Assembly: GCF_006345805.1 (NCBI RefSeq)
Contig: NC_043010.1
Span: 18,414,001-18,478,000 of the forward strand
Reading direction: 5' to 3'
DNA length: 64,000 bases
DNA from: Octopus sinensis
Lineage: Eukaryota
Shown: one piece after another, positions 1-12,267 of the stretch
Numbering within the stretch: the stretch's first letter is position 1
How the letters are laid out: each line of letters starts with the position of its first letter
Position numbers and translations under genes: made by a program
The notes under the pieces: generated by a model
Databases searched by the model: none
Told to the model about the DNA's origin: nothing
What the model saw: the letters and a program-made list of their open reading frames with translations, nothing else

Positions 1-60
1 CGCCTGAACGACGGTCATATGTAGGCTCTTCATCAGGATATGACAGGCGGCAATAAACAA
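1..60 (-). ncRNA. Hammerhead-ribozyme-like motif (PLE pseudo-LTR type), truncated by window edge
   Basis: Minus strand reads CTGATGA-AGA-GCCT...AGGC-G and ends at position 1. The canonical CUGAUGA core and a GCCT/AGGC stem II are present; the GAAA half would lie outside the window. Confidence 0.4.
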
Positions 61-212
61 CAATTACAAGTTTTCAAATTTTATTTCGCCCTCGATTATC
101 GACTGATCAGACAAAGAGATGCATTTCGAACCTACATTTCTGAAAATGAGTTGGTATCCATGCACATATGTATGTCCATGTGCATAAATGCACAATGTGC
201 ATAGATATAAAT

Positions 213-430
213 AGGTTTGTTTGTCCTCTCTGTGTTTAGCCCCTTGTGGGTAGTAAAGAAATAGTTATTTCGTCTGTCTTTACGGTCTGAGTTCAAATTC
301 CACCGAGGTCGACTTTGCCTTTCATCCTTTCGGGGTCGACAGATTAAGTACCAGTTGCGTACTGGGGTCGATCTGATCGACTGGCCTCCACCCCCTTAAA
401 AATTTCTGGCCTTCTGCCTATAGTAGAAAA
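213..430 (+). mobile_element. SINE family A: tail of one unit plus partial second unit
   Basis: B-box GAGTTCAAATTCC and central GCCTTTCATCCTTTCGGGGTCGA..AAGTACCAG are shared with more than 10 other copies in the window. Confidence 0.85.
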
Positions 431-968
431 GGTTAATTTATACGCACTCTTCGCTCCGTTTCCATATATTTGATTTCACTCATAAAGCTTTGTTTAAAGC
501 TACAATATTGAATGTGTCACGCTGTAGGACCGAACCCGTATATATCAGAAAATCACCACAATCAAATCCCTTCGCAACAAACTACAAGCCATAGAGCGTG
601 CATCAGCCAGTCAGTGAAATAATCGTGTTTGAATTAAGCATGAAAAGTTCCTCATTGAAGTTGCTTCACAGGAGACAAAACTACGACGCTTTCCCGTCGT
701 TTGAAAGAAGCGATATTTATAGCACAGAAAACAAAAATATATCTAGATACGTAAATGTTAGCTGATAACGCTACCATTCTATATGGAATTACACAAAAGA
801 ACTGCGAAATTAAATATAGAAGACTAACCTAATTTCAACACACGCAGTTCATGTAGAATAAACTATGAAAATATCAAGAAATTCACCGCTAAACATTTGT
901 TATATTTAGCTAAAGCGGGAAGACTGAATTAGTAATTAAGTATCTTCATGAAAACATGTTATATTTCG

Positions 969-1030
<62 letters not shown>

Positions 1031-1031
1031 T

Positions 1032-1511
1032 TGGTTTGTCTTGGTATAAAAGACGGGCTATAGCAAATATTCTGCTCAATACCACAGATTTGCTTGTCAG
1101 TTGTTTAACCTTAACCAGTTGAGCATGTCCCTTAGTGGCTGACAATATGTGCATCTCTGATCACAAGTAGAAGTAGTGAGGGAGCATCATAGCCATGTGT
1201 TGAGAGGGATTCTTTGGGGTTTAAATAATTCATCTCTAGAAACATGGGGGTTTCGTTCAGCATCCTTAAACAACTCTTATTCCGGGAGCTTTTGAACGGG
1301 ATGGGTTACTTGACCAGAAGAAAATTCTAACTGGGCCCCCACCTGCAAAGTCATGTGCTGTTTATCTTGATATGAGATCACCGTATCGCGCACATATGGT
1401 TGTGATGCATGTGCCTGGTGTACCCTTATCAGATGGGTAGTCATGATGGGTATACTGGGCTTTGTATATTTTACCCGTGTCACTTTGATGGCATACACTG
1501 CTCTCTTACTC
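1032..1511. mobile_element. Unclassified ~480-bp element flanked by (AAT)n on both sides
   Basis: Complex sequence bracketed by (AAT)n at ~968-1031 and ~1512-1563; no informative ORF. Confidence 0.4.
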
Positions 1512-1566
<55 letters not shown>

Positions 1567-1862
1567 TCGATTGATTTATTTGATATAGATGGTCGCCTTA
1601 CCGGAAGTTAATCCACTGACAACTTGGATGAGCCAGCCGGAAGCCTGCAACAAGTTCTACTCATTTCTGCTCATCTGCTCGTCCACCCTCATCAGAGAAT
1701 TATTCCAAGCGCTAAATTCGAAGTAGCTAAACATAAAGTGACCTGAGCTAATAAACGCAATAAATTTGCTTTGCACCCGGTATTGAATACTCTAGATTTT
1801 ATCTGCAAAGTAATGTTATAAATATCTATACATACACATTTCTTTGTCTCAATCTGCCTCTT

Positions 1863-1910
<48 letters not shown>

Positions 1911-2329
1911 TTACTATCTCTCTCCACACACGCACGGACACACATACACATACACAATATACATATATGCAAATGTATATGTATTATATACAGAGACCAA
2001 ATCTTCTTTCAAACGTGTTATGTTAAAGACTATCTCCCAGCTGCCTCTATTTATTAATGATTTTCCCCTATTTCCATTATCAGTCCTTTAATGTTTAGTT
2101 CGGGGCGATAACCTCCATTAACATTCTAAAGAAGATATGGATGAAAGTAGGATGAAAGCAGCCGTATTTTGTTTGTAGGCTGCAAAGGATCACAGGATTT
2201 TGCATCTAAATAACTTGTCGTGCTTGCATTAAAATTGATTGACTCTTTACTCCTGGTTACTTTCCTAATTTATTCTACATTTACTGCAAATAGGAATGTT
2301 GATGTTGAGATTTGCTTCGTATTTTAATA

Positions 2330-2548
2330 TTGATTTCAAATTTTAGCACATGGCCAGCAATTTCAGGAGGTGGCGGGGTAAGTCGATTACTTCGACTTCC
2401 AGTGTTTAACTGGTTCTTATTTTGTCGGCCCCGAGAGGATGAAAAGCAAAATCGACTTCGGTGGCAATTGAACTTAGAACGTAAAGACGGAAGAAATACT
2501 GTTAAGCATTTCATCCGGCGTGCAAACGATTCGGCCGACTCGTCGCCA
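2330..2548 (-). mobile_element. SINE family A (older, alternative tail)
   Basis: Reverse complement of the GGCGACGAGTCGGCCGAATCG..TTAAGTTCAATTG head and central domain; tail AAATTGCTGGCCATGTGCTAAAATTTGAAA. Confidence 0.8.
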
Positions 2549-2577
2549 TTTTGTATTTTAGTATTAAGTAAGCTTAA

Positions 2578-2995
2578 AGGCGCCGAACTGGCAGAAACGT
2601 TAGCGCGCCGGATGAGATGCTTAGCGGAATTTCGTCTGCCATTACGTTCTGAGTTCAAATTCCGCCAAGGTCGACTTTGCCTTTCATCCTTTCGGGGTCG
2701 GTAAATTAAGTACCAGTTACGCACTGGGGTCAATGTAGTCGACTTAATCCCTTTGTCTGTCCTTGTTTGTCCACTCTGTGTCTAGCCCCCTGTGGGCAAT
2801 AAATAAAGAAATAAGAACCGTTACCGGTACGGACAAAATGCTTAGCAGCATTTTCTCCTACTCTACGTTCTGACTTCAAATGCCGCCGAGATTCACTATG
2901 CCTTTCGTCCTTTCGGCCATAAGTACCAGTTGGACACTGGGAGTCGATGTAATTGACTTCCACGAAATTGCTGGCCTTGTGCCAAAATTTGAAAT
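2578..2995 (+). mobile_element. SINE family A full copy followed by degenerate second unit
   Basis: tRNA-like head GGCGCCGAACTGGCAGAAACGTTAG, B-box, central domain and Tx1-like tail to ~2815, then a head-less diverged unit with the alternative tail. Confidence 0.85.
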
Positions 2996-3169
2996 CAATG
3001 TTAGCGAAGTTTCAATATTTCGTTTTCGTTCCTTCCGCCGTTGAATTCTCCATTCAGCCTGACAATGTTATTAACCTTTCTCTCGAAAGTGTTATCTCGC
3101 CATTATAATGTGTTGTAATGGATCTGTTTCGTAAAAGTCTGGTCAACGGACGAGAAAGAGTCGAGCTTC

Positions 3170-3223
3170 GGTATTGGTGGCGGTGGCGGCGGCGGTGAGA
3201 ATGTGACTGCAGGTGTAGTGCTT

Positions 3224-3255
<32 letters not shown>

Positions 3256-4150
3256 AGTGGTGGTGGGGATGGCTTGGCGGCGGCGGCAGTAGCAGCAGCA
3301 CCAGCTGTAGTCGTAGTAATGATAAAAGATGGTGGCGGAAAAGTGCAGCGATGACAGTAATGAACCAGTGAAGTTGGTAGCGGTGTTTGTGGTATTTGTG
3401 ACGGGGATGGTGGTGGTGGTGTGGTGGTGGTGGTGGTGGTGGTAGTGACGGCGGCGGCGGCGGTGATGGTTGGCGCTGTTGGTGCCACTGCTGGTGGCAG
3501 CCCACTGTTGTTGAAGTGATGAAGATGGCGAGGTTACAGTTGCGGCGGCGGCGGACGGAAATGAAGAAGGCAGCAATAGAAATGCAAGTAAATGCTGCCA
3601 TACTGGTGGTGGTGGTGGTGGTGGTGGGGAGAGGATGATGATTCTAAGGGTGTTGATGTTGGTGTTTAACGATATCAGTATTGGTGGTGGTGGTGGTAGT
3701 GGTGAAGTAAAATGATGATGATGATGATGTCGGTAGGAGCAACGATGATAGAGGCGGTCGGAAGTGAAGAAGGCAGCAATAAAAATGCAAATGCCGCCAT
3801 GTTGAGTGGTGAAGTTGTCAAAGTTGTCAGGGAGAGAGGGAAATATAACAAGGCCAAAGTGAGAGAGAGAGGGAGGGAAAAAGAGAGGGAGAGGGGGAGG
3901 GACGGGAGTGAGAGAGGGGGGTGGATGCACCAATGGGATTGCGGTATGTCACTTTCGAGTAGTATTAACACCACCACCACCACCATTACAACCACAACCA
4001 CCAGAGTCATCGTCATAACCGCCACAGACAACAACAACAACAACATCGCCAGCAACAAGAATAACAATAACAAGACAAACAACATCAACATTGGCAACAT
4101 CACAACCCCCCCACCTCCTCCCACCACCACCATCACCAACCACCGTTACC
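3170..4150. repeat. Compound trinucleotide low-complexity tract (GGT/GAT/GGC/CAC/AAC) with a duplicated complex motif
   Basis: Direct repeats GAAGAAGGCAGCAATA(G/A)AAATGCAA..ATGC(T/C)GCCAT at 3563-3601 and 3766-3800. Confidence 0.8.
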
Positions 4151-4569
4151 TCCTTATATCTGGCCATCCACATAATCCATGCCACGTGAGTTTGTAACGA
4201 TTTACAACTCCACTTGGACAACACCGGCCATCCATATGGTAAACGCTCACTTGTATGGCATAGAGGGCGCTCTCACACACTCTCGGTTTGTCTGTCTATT
4301 TGTCTGCCTGCTTGCCTGCCTGTCTGCCAGTCTCTCTCTCTCTCTCTCTCTGCTTCCGTTTCCATACATGCATGTATTTGTGCATATGTGTATGTGTGTG
4401 TATAATGTACGTGTTTATAGATGAATAAATACGTACGCATATAAGTATATATAAAAATATACATATACATATATGTACATGTATAAACATATGTGTATTT
4501 ACATACACACATATATGTATGTAGACACACGCACACACATATATATAAATACACACACATTGATACATG

Positions 4570-4975
4570 CAGGCGTGGTTGTGTGGTAAGGAGCTTGCTA
4601 CCCAACCACATGGTTCTAGGTTCAGTCCTACTGAGTAGCACCTTAGGCAAGTGTTTGCTACTATAGCCTCGGGCCAACCAAAGCTTTGTGAGTGGATTTG
4701 GTAAATGGAAATTGAAAGAAGCCCGTCGTATATATACACATATGTGTGTGTGTGCGCGCGTGTGTGTGTATTTGTGTGTATGTTTGTCCCTCCAGCATCG
4801 CTTGACAATCAGTGTTTGTGTTTACATCTCCGTAATTTAGCGGTTCGGCAAAAGAGATCGATAGAATAAATACTAGTCTTACAAACAATAAGTTGTGGGG
4901 GCAGTTTGCCCGACTAAAGATGGTGCTCCAGCATGGACGCAGTCAAATGACTGTAACAAGTAAAATAATAAAAGA
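4570..4975 (+). mobile_element. SINE family B (tRNA head, CORE-like CCTT(A/G)GGCAAG, internal microsatellite, CR1-like tail)
   Basis: Colinear with 51293-51776; tail GGTGCTCCAGCATGGACGCAGTCAAATGACTG. Confidence 0.85.
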
Positions 4976-4990
4976 ATACCCACACACACA

Positions 4991-5785
4991 CAGGGGGCGA
5001 TGGGTAAATTGTCACCATTTTATCTCTTTAATTTCACGCATGTGCATTGATTTTGTCAACTACACAGTATAGTTGAATCAGTTGGGCACCGTCTATGACA
5101 AAAACAACACCATGATGCAATTCACTTCGCCAGAAATTTGGGAACGATATGCTGTACTGCTTGGCATTCCCACCGGAAGCTCGAATATGAATATTTCAGA
5201 GTGTTTGGGTGTCAATCTGAGGACATGTACCGAGAGTGAAAAAAATCAAACATCCAGTCAACATCATGGTGTTTGGAGTGATCACTAGTGATGGCGACGT
5301 TATGCTTCATTCATCTTCCCACACGGTCTCGGACTCGACATGGGGGCCTACATCAAGTGCCTGGAGGAGGTAATGCTGTCCTGGGTCAAGAGGGTGGCTG
5401 CTGGAACACCCTATGTCTGGCAACAGGACTCTGCACCATGCCACACAAGCAGAAGAACCCAATCTTGACTGTCAGACAATTTCTACCACCACATCATCCC
5501 TAACATCTGACCACCTAACTCCCCTTGATTACTGTATGAACTGAAGGCAGGGATTATGGCAACATTCACCAACTTAAACGAGGAGACCATCCAGAAGAGT
5601 TGCAGGAGATTCTGAAGTCGTCTGGAGGCCGTGCTTGAAGCCAATGGCGATTTCATTGAATAAATTTATTCTTTAGTATTTCAAGATATTTTATGTAATT
5701 TTGGTAAATATATCTTTTAAAATGAGTTGTCGAGGTTATTTTCATTTTTGTGTAACTTAGACGACAGTTTATTCACTGCACCATG
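4991..5785 (+). mobile_element. Decayed Tc1/mariner DD37D (maT-like) transposon with internal deletions
   Basis: Translates IMVFGVITSDGDVM..FIFPHG..YVWQQDSAPCHTSRRTQS*LSDNF..*PPNSP..DY, with spacing consistent with DD37D; stops and frameshifts; degenerate TIRs. Confidence 0.8.
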
Positions 5786-5918
5786 TATATACGCAGACAC
5801 ATATTGGTAAAACCAGGTGGAAAAATAGTACGTGAATACCAAAAGAAGAGTACTATACTAAAATATTTACAAACTGTCAAATATCTTCCATACATGCAGA
5901 CAGATAGACATACAGACA

Positions 5919-5919
5919 A

Positions 5920-5965
<46 letters not shown>

Positions 5966-6066
5966 ATACAGACACATTTACAGAGATAAATAGATAGATA
6001 GATAGATAGATAGATAGGTATATAGGTATATAGGTATATAGATAGATAGATAGATAGATAGATAGG

Positions 6067-6141
<75 letters not shown>

Positions 6142-6181
6142 GTAGGTAGGTAGGTAGGTAGATAGGTAGATAGATAGATAG

Positions 6182-6253
<72 letters not shown>
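5919..6253. repeat. (TA)n / (GATA)n compound microsatellite
   Basis: Direct reading of the sequence. Confidence 0.95.
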
Positions 6254-6255
<2 letters not shown>

Positions 6256-6659
6256 AGTGGTGAAGGAACGGATAGGGACATGTAGAGTGCTACTAATATA
6301 GTAAAATATTGCATCCTTGGGTGTACCATGGTCTTCCAAGAATTGGTGGGTATTATAAATACACGCACACACAGAAGAATGGAGAATTGCACATCTTTAA
6401 TTGATAATTTATAATATATACGAATTACCAACGTATATTTCTGATATGCTAGTGCTATGCAATACATTAATGCGTTGATTTAGCATTTTAATCGATCCAT
6501 ATTAAACCGATTGTAGTATTATACAGATCTATAGAATAAACACTAGCGTGTCTTTCTCAAGGTACGACCACACTGTGAAAAATCGCAGAAGAGATATCTG
6601 CCAGGATGTGGTGGTAGTTACAGTACAAACACAATTCCTAGCATAACACTTAATACTGA

Positions 6660-7110
6660 GTATAGATTGAAAATGAATTTTCCCAACAATAGATATTATG
6701 TTAGCGATGCAAATCATCTTTGTAATTGTAAAACCAGACCACAATGCCCGCTAGATAATCAGTGCTTGAGAATTAAAAAAACAATCCATAAATGTGCGGT
6801 AAGAGCTGATGGACATACAGTCAGTTACATAGGTTCTTGTGTTATGGACTTCAGAAAAGATATGCAATCACTTCTCTTCTTTCAAGCTTAGGAAAAAGGA
6901 AAAATTCACTTATTTACGTAAATATATTTGTAACTTAAAATAGAGAAATACCAAATATGATATAAAATCATCAATTTATAAGTAGTGATTTACCGTGTAT
7001 TAGTAGAAAGTCTCGAAGTGACTTTTGCCTTGAAGATATATTCCACATCTTTACTTCCAAGTCTCATCCAAAAATAAAATTATCTTAAAAAGCATCAAAA
7101 AATATCAACT
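6660..7110 (+). pseudogene. Penelope-like element GIY-YIG endonuclease remnant
   Basis: CNCKTRPQCPLDNQCL..IHKCAV..SYIGSCVMDF..SF..YICNLK..YDIK..DFCLE matches the PLE CNC..CPL..CL..YIG..CxLCLxE pattern. Confidence 0.75.
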
Positions 7111-7134
7111 AGATTATGGCCGAGAGATGACAGT

Positions 7135-7430
7135 TTATTCAAAATAGCTGCTCTCAGCCTCCACCATGGCCTCAAAACTTCTCCGGAACTTGGTGCATGC
7201 ATTCCTCACTGTGTCCCTGGGAAATTTTTCAAACACTTCCTTGATTTTGGCCAGTAGCTTGGTCTTGGTGTTGCAGGCAGAGCAATTAGTGTCCTTCTCA
7301 ACCATGCCACACACCTAGTAATCCAAGCGATTACCTTTGAGAGAATTAGGAGGCCAGATATTGGGGCTGGTAAACTCATAGAAATTCTCCTACTGTCACT
7401 TTTGACACTTTTTGGAACTATGGCAAGGAA
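7135..7430 (-). pseudogene. DD37D/maT transposase C-terminal remnant
   Basis: YEFTSPNIWPPNSLKGNRLDY*VCGMVEKDTN..KIKEVFEKFPRDTVRNACTKFRRSFEAMVEAESSYFE*. Confidence 0.8.
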
Positions 7431-7441
7431 CCAAATATAGC

Positions 7442-7736
7442 AAAATTAGAAGCTGAAAATGCACTGAGAATAGTTAAAATATGTTTTATTAATATATTTA
7501 AAGTTTTAACCGGTTTCATAGCTTACACTAATTTTCAAAAAGTTCAAATAGAAAGACGTGGTTTATGTCACAGCTGTCTTACTTCTGACAAGTGTTTGAA
7601 GCTTCAAACACTTGTCAGAAGACTTTCTATTTGAACCTTTTGAAAATCAGTGTAGACTGTGAAACCGGTTAGAGCTTTAAATATATCAATAAAAAATATT
7701 TTAACTATTCTCAGTGGATTTTCAGCTTCTATTTTT
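7442..7736. repeat. Fold-back element with ~110-bp imperfect arms and a perfect 40-bp inner palindrome
   Basis: TAGAAGCTGAAAATGCACTGAGAATAGTTAAAATAT.. is mirrored at the right end. 7582-7621 (CTTCTGACAAGTGTTTGAAG/CTTCAAACACTTGTCAGAAG) is a perfect palindrome. Confidence 0.9.
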
Positions 7737-8727
7737 CCTATATATATATATAATGTAGGTATATGTGTATGTATGCACATACCCATGGGTGCATAGGTGG
7801 AGTGACTGTATTGCAGGTGTGCTGAAGAAAGGTAGAAAGAGTATAGGAAACATTGAAGGTGACGGGTGGAGGAGAGGTTTGAAAGTTGTGTTGCCCAAGG
7901 GCCAAACTTTGGCCCCTGTGGCCGCATAAAAACAAAAGGAAACAAAATGTAACGTTTCTTTGTTAAATTTATTCCTCCACCCCACATTTCCTATGATACA
8001 ATGCATAAAAGAAACTGTCTATCAATGTCCTGTAGCCATCAGGTGTGAACGAATGACTGTTGTATTTTTGTGTAGTTCTAATTCGATCGAGCTATGAATA
8101 ATACTGTTCCGACATGGACACTGCATCCAGAACCACATCCAGAGTTGTAGCCAGAGCTACATCATCCTAGTGTCGTTTTCTTTTGTTTGAAGAAGACAGG
8201 ATATTATCGGAGAGAAAGAGATTTTATTGCAGTTTTTAGCAGAGCTGTGGAATGCATTGGTTTTCCTTCCCGGATTTTAACTGGATTTTAGTGGCTCAGT
8301 TTAACACCACAAACTGTTGTGTGGATGTCTTTGTAGGAATCCACTCTTGCATGCATTCAGAATATCGTTCTAGTTTGAGGATAGCGCCCTCCCTTCCATC
8401 CTTCCCCAGTCACCGAAACCTTGAGAATAATCATGGGAACTGTCCTTGATTTTTAATTAAAACTATAGAAAAATAAGAGCGGGACTATCAGGTTGTCAGT
8501 AAAAAAAAGTTATTGGCCAACTAAAACCTCTATCATATTAGCGCCATTTGGTCCTTCTCTAGTATTTTAATGCAAGTACATCAGTTCCTATCTCTTCTGA
8601 ATTAACCATCTTCCTCTCATCTAAGTTCTAGCGATGCATCTCCCTTTCTCCTTCACTTTCCTAATTCTCTACAACACACTATTCTCTCTTTGCCATCCCA
8701 AATTTCACTTCCCTGAAATTTTGTATG

Positions 8728-8770
<43 letters not shown>

Positions 8771-9734
8771 CATTATCTTCCAGGATTGCAAACTGAAGAA
8801 CAATTGCGTCTGGATTATATATCTAAAAGAACGTGGAAGGATTGTAAAAGCTGGGTTTTTTAACGGAATAAATCATTTGAAAACTACATGCATTTACACG
8901 TAACAATTTATTTCCAGTGAAATTTCCCAAGAATTGACCTAAAATATATTTCTCAATGAAACAATCAACCATTTTAGTTTTAAAATCCCAAACACGGTAC
9001 CCTCATACAGCCTACACTACTTATAGCTAAGATGGCTTCTTTATGTTATGAATTGCAACATTTCCTGTCATTGGCTGTACTCCAGCCGAATACAAGTTTT
9101 GTCCGTTACACAGGTCGCCAACAGCTTAAAATTTGAACGAAAAGTGAGTGTCTTTACCTTTACAGGCAGACCGCTGCTATAACATCCGGTTATGTTAAAT
9201 TATCCGGGTGGTGGGGCTGTTGTACTTCAGATCCTATTTACACTGAAGATCACCACTTTCCTTGCTGCGAGGAACAAAAGGCAAAAGGCTGTCATTTATG
9301 AAGGTGTGGGTGAAAAGAGAAATCATGACTTCCAGTAAACATAATGGAAAGTCGAGGAAAATGGAAATCTTAGTAAGGTTGGGTGACATAACTATTGATA
9401 TTTGTTGGAGACCGATGGCAGTGCTGAGAGCAATCGAAGTTTTGAACGGTGACTTCGTTTGCCTACGTGTCAATCCAGCAATGAATATATTGATAGTTAG
9501 GGCAGGGAATAGGCAAGACAGAAAGGGCATCGGGAAAATGCATTTTTGGCACTCGTTCCTCTTCTTTGTGTTCCAAGCTCAAATCTCGTTGAGGTCGACT
9601 TTGCTTTTCATTTTTTCGGTGACGATAAAATAAATACCATTTGAGATCTGAGGTCGATGTAATCGTCTAACCACATCCATTCTCCATATTGCTGGCCTTA
9701 TTCCAAAATTTGAAAACATCATTTATTATTATCA

Positions 9735-10286
9735 TTACGAGCAAAACGCTCCCCCCCCCGTCCAATGGACGGTGCTGAGTTGTCAAACATTTAAACCAAA
9801 TTTTCTCAAAACAACTTCTTCGATCGTCCCATAGGCCTCCCCTTTGCGAAACACTGATTTAACCTAAATTTGAGACACCAGCAAAAGAAGAAATAAAGAT
9901 AGACTTTTTTTCTATTCCAAAGAAAAACGATTTTATTCACACAGATATGCAACCAAAGAGTTTAAAGTACCAGTAGTAATAAGGCTGTTGAACACAAACA
10001 TGGTTTAAACAGTAAGCTTGGCAGGAAAGAAACGTGCTTTTAAGCAGTACAAAAACAGCAGAAAATGGAAGGTGCAGTTATGTACAGGTTGACGGAAGAA
10101 AAGCAAGACAAAAACAGCTTTATCGATCGCATTCTCACCTGGATTCGATTTTTGTAATTTTTTCAAGACTTATACACGCCCTGATACCGTCGGTATTTAC
10201 ATATCAAATTAGAGCGCAGTCGGACGGAGGATGCTCGAGATCCGAGAAGACACACAGACAGACAGAACGGATTTTATATAAGAGAT
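9735..10286 (+). mobile_element. Lep1/HINE-like non-autonomous rolling-circle (Helitron-type) element
   Basis: 5' hairpin CCGTCC-AAT-GGACGG; 3' ACACACAGACAGACAG microsatellite then TTTTATATAAGAGAT; flanked by (ATT)n. Confidence 0.5.
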
Positions 10287-10306
10287 TATTATTATTATTA
10301 TTATTA

Positions 10307-10342
<36 letters not shown>

Positions 10343-11633
10343 TTGCTTAAAAGCCTCCCATTGGGCGGCTTTTAAGCTAATACATAGCTTTTAAGCAACT
10401 GACCCCGAATGAGAAGATCTGCAAACAGCTCTCTGACTTGTTTTGGAGAATCTGTTGCAATTGCTTCCTCCAGAATCATGTCCCAATGAGGATTATATTC
10501 GTCGCAAAAAAGCATGTTAATAAAAAGGGAATCATTTTGAAGACTTAAATTCTTTGAAATACGTTTGTCGCCTTTTGTACGTTAAGCGTTGTTATCTATT
10601 GTTTTTATCTTGGCATCAAGAACTGGACAAGCAGTAGAACGAGTGAAATACACTCGAAGGAGGAAGAGCGCCAAGTAGTGATGAGTATAAATGCAATGTC
10701 ATTACCAGTTCAGATATACTTGTGGCATGTTCGAATCCTACGAGAAACAAGTTGTTCATTGTGTTTTGTCATGAAGAAAATTTCTCGCTGTAGACAAATA
10801 GTGTAAATACACCTAGATCAGTTCGCAGCGCCACCTATCTAGACTGTGAGACGCAAGCATTTCGGAGTAGTTATCTCCTCTTCGGTCACAGACCCTAGGT
10901 AGCGGGGACGCTGCTAACAGATAAAAAGAGATTGTTTTTCTTATGCCATTTCAGTTACATTGCAGTGACTGATCAGCGCTATAAGGTGGCTCCCCATAAA
11001 GCAAATACAATTCTCCAACATTAAAGTTGATGAAAATATCTTGTAAGAATTACGTATATAAGAAAGCGCTTTCTTTGAAGACAGAATGCCTCTCTTTAAC
11101 ACTAGGTGACTACTTTAGCAACACTTTAACCAATTTTAACATACTTTTTTACGTGCTAAACAGCAGGGTTTGACCCCAGTGAACAAAGTATAGTCGCTGC
11201 CCTATTGAGTTGTGGGTGTAAGAATTTATATCAGTAATATATAGAAACCCTTTGACAATAATATAAACTTTCTAACAACAGAGTTCAGTTGAGGTAGTTG
11301 AGCTGTTAATTTACCCTCTCTCTCTCTCCCTCTCTTTGTCCCTCCATCACAACTCTGTCATCTCCACTCACCTCCCTATTGCATTCCTTAAACTTCTCCG
11401 ACTCCAGTGACCCCCTTGAACGGCTACGACTTTGGACTCTCAGAATTCATTTACACCAGGGGCAGGTGAATTAGGTATGCGCGGAGAGTTGAACAGGATT
11501 ACCACTTTATTGGGCTTTTTGAATACTTGAAATGAATATTTTCTAATTTTTTTAGTAAGGAAATATTTGTAACAATGTGAAACAATATAAACGCGCACGC
11601 ACGGGTGTGTGCGTGTGTATATATGAATGTGTG

Positions 11634-11693
<60 letters not shown>

Positions 11694-11899
11694 TAAGGGG
11701 GTATGCTTGTACGCCTACATACATACACATGCACACTTATATTTACATATATGTATATATCCATACATTTCTATCTATCTCTTTATCTCTCTCTCTCTCT
11801 CTAGCTATCTATCTATCTTTCTGGATAGATAGACAAAGAGACAGACATAAAAAGCTATAATTATGTATATGTTGGAACACTGAACTCAACGCGCTTTTT

Positions 11900-12048
11900 T
11901 CATTCTCTATTTCTTTTCCTCTTATTCCTTTCTGTTGAAGAACGTAGGCTCGAAACGTAAAAGCCTTTTCCATTTTTCCCGAGCCTCTAACTAATATACT
12001 TGCTTGTTGTTCCGACACCTATGTTCGTTTTTGTTTTTCTATAAATGT

Positions 12049-12055
<7 letters not shown>
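11900..12055 (+). mobile_element. PLE pseudo-LTR fragment with minimal HHR-like motif (11928-11963)
   Basis: CTTT-CTGTTGA-A-GAAC-GTAG-GCTC-GAAAC-GTA-AAAG; homologous to 52359-52490; ends in (TA)n. Confidence 0.55.
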
Positions 12056-12087
<32 letters not shown>

Positions 12088-12218
12088 GCACATGCACCAC
12101 GAGTCCTTATAAGAGATCTTCAAGGAAAATCATACAGGATTCTGTGTTCTAACAGAATCTCCATCTTCAGTTGGAGATCAAGATTGCCTTTGGTGTTGAA
12201 ATTCATTCTACCGTTATT

Positions 12219-12262
<44 letters not shown>

Positions 12263-12267
12263 CCATG

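Noticed and set aside
2281-2733. Recurrent ORFs containing RNWYLIYRPRKDERQS / AKCLAAFRLPLRSEFKFRRGRLCLSSFRGR
   Set aside because: They are read-throughs of SINE family A copies (also 24038, 49169, 56885), not a protein family.
9234-9633. 123-aa and 98-aa overlapping ORFs
   Set aside because: No recognisable domain. The plus ORF runs into a SINE-A remnant, and the region may be a decayed LINE endonuclease (HCHRSP motif), but this is too weak to call.
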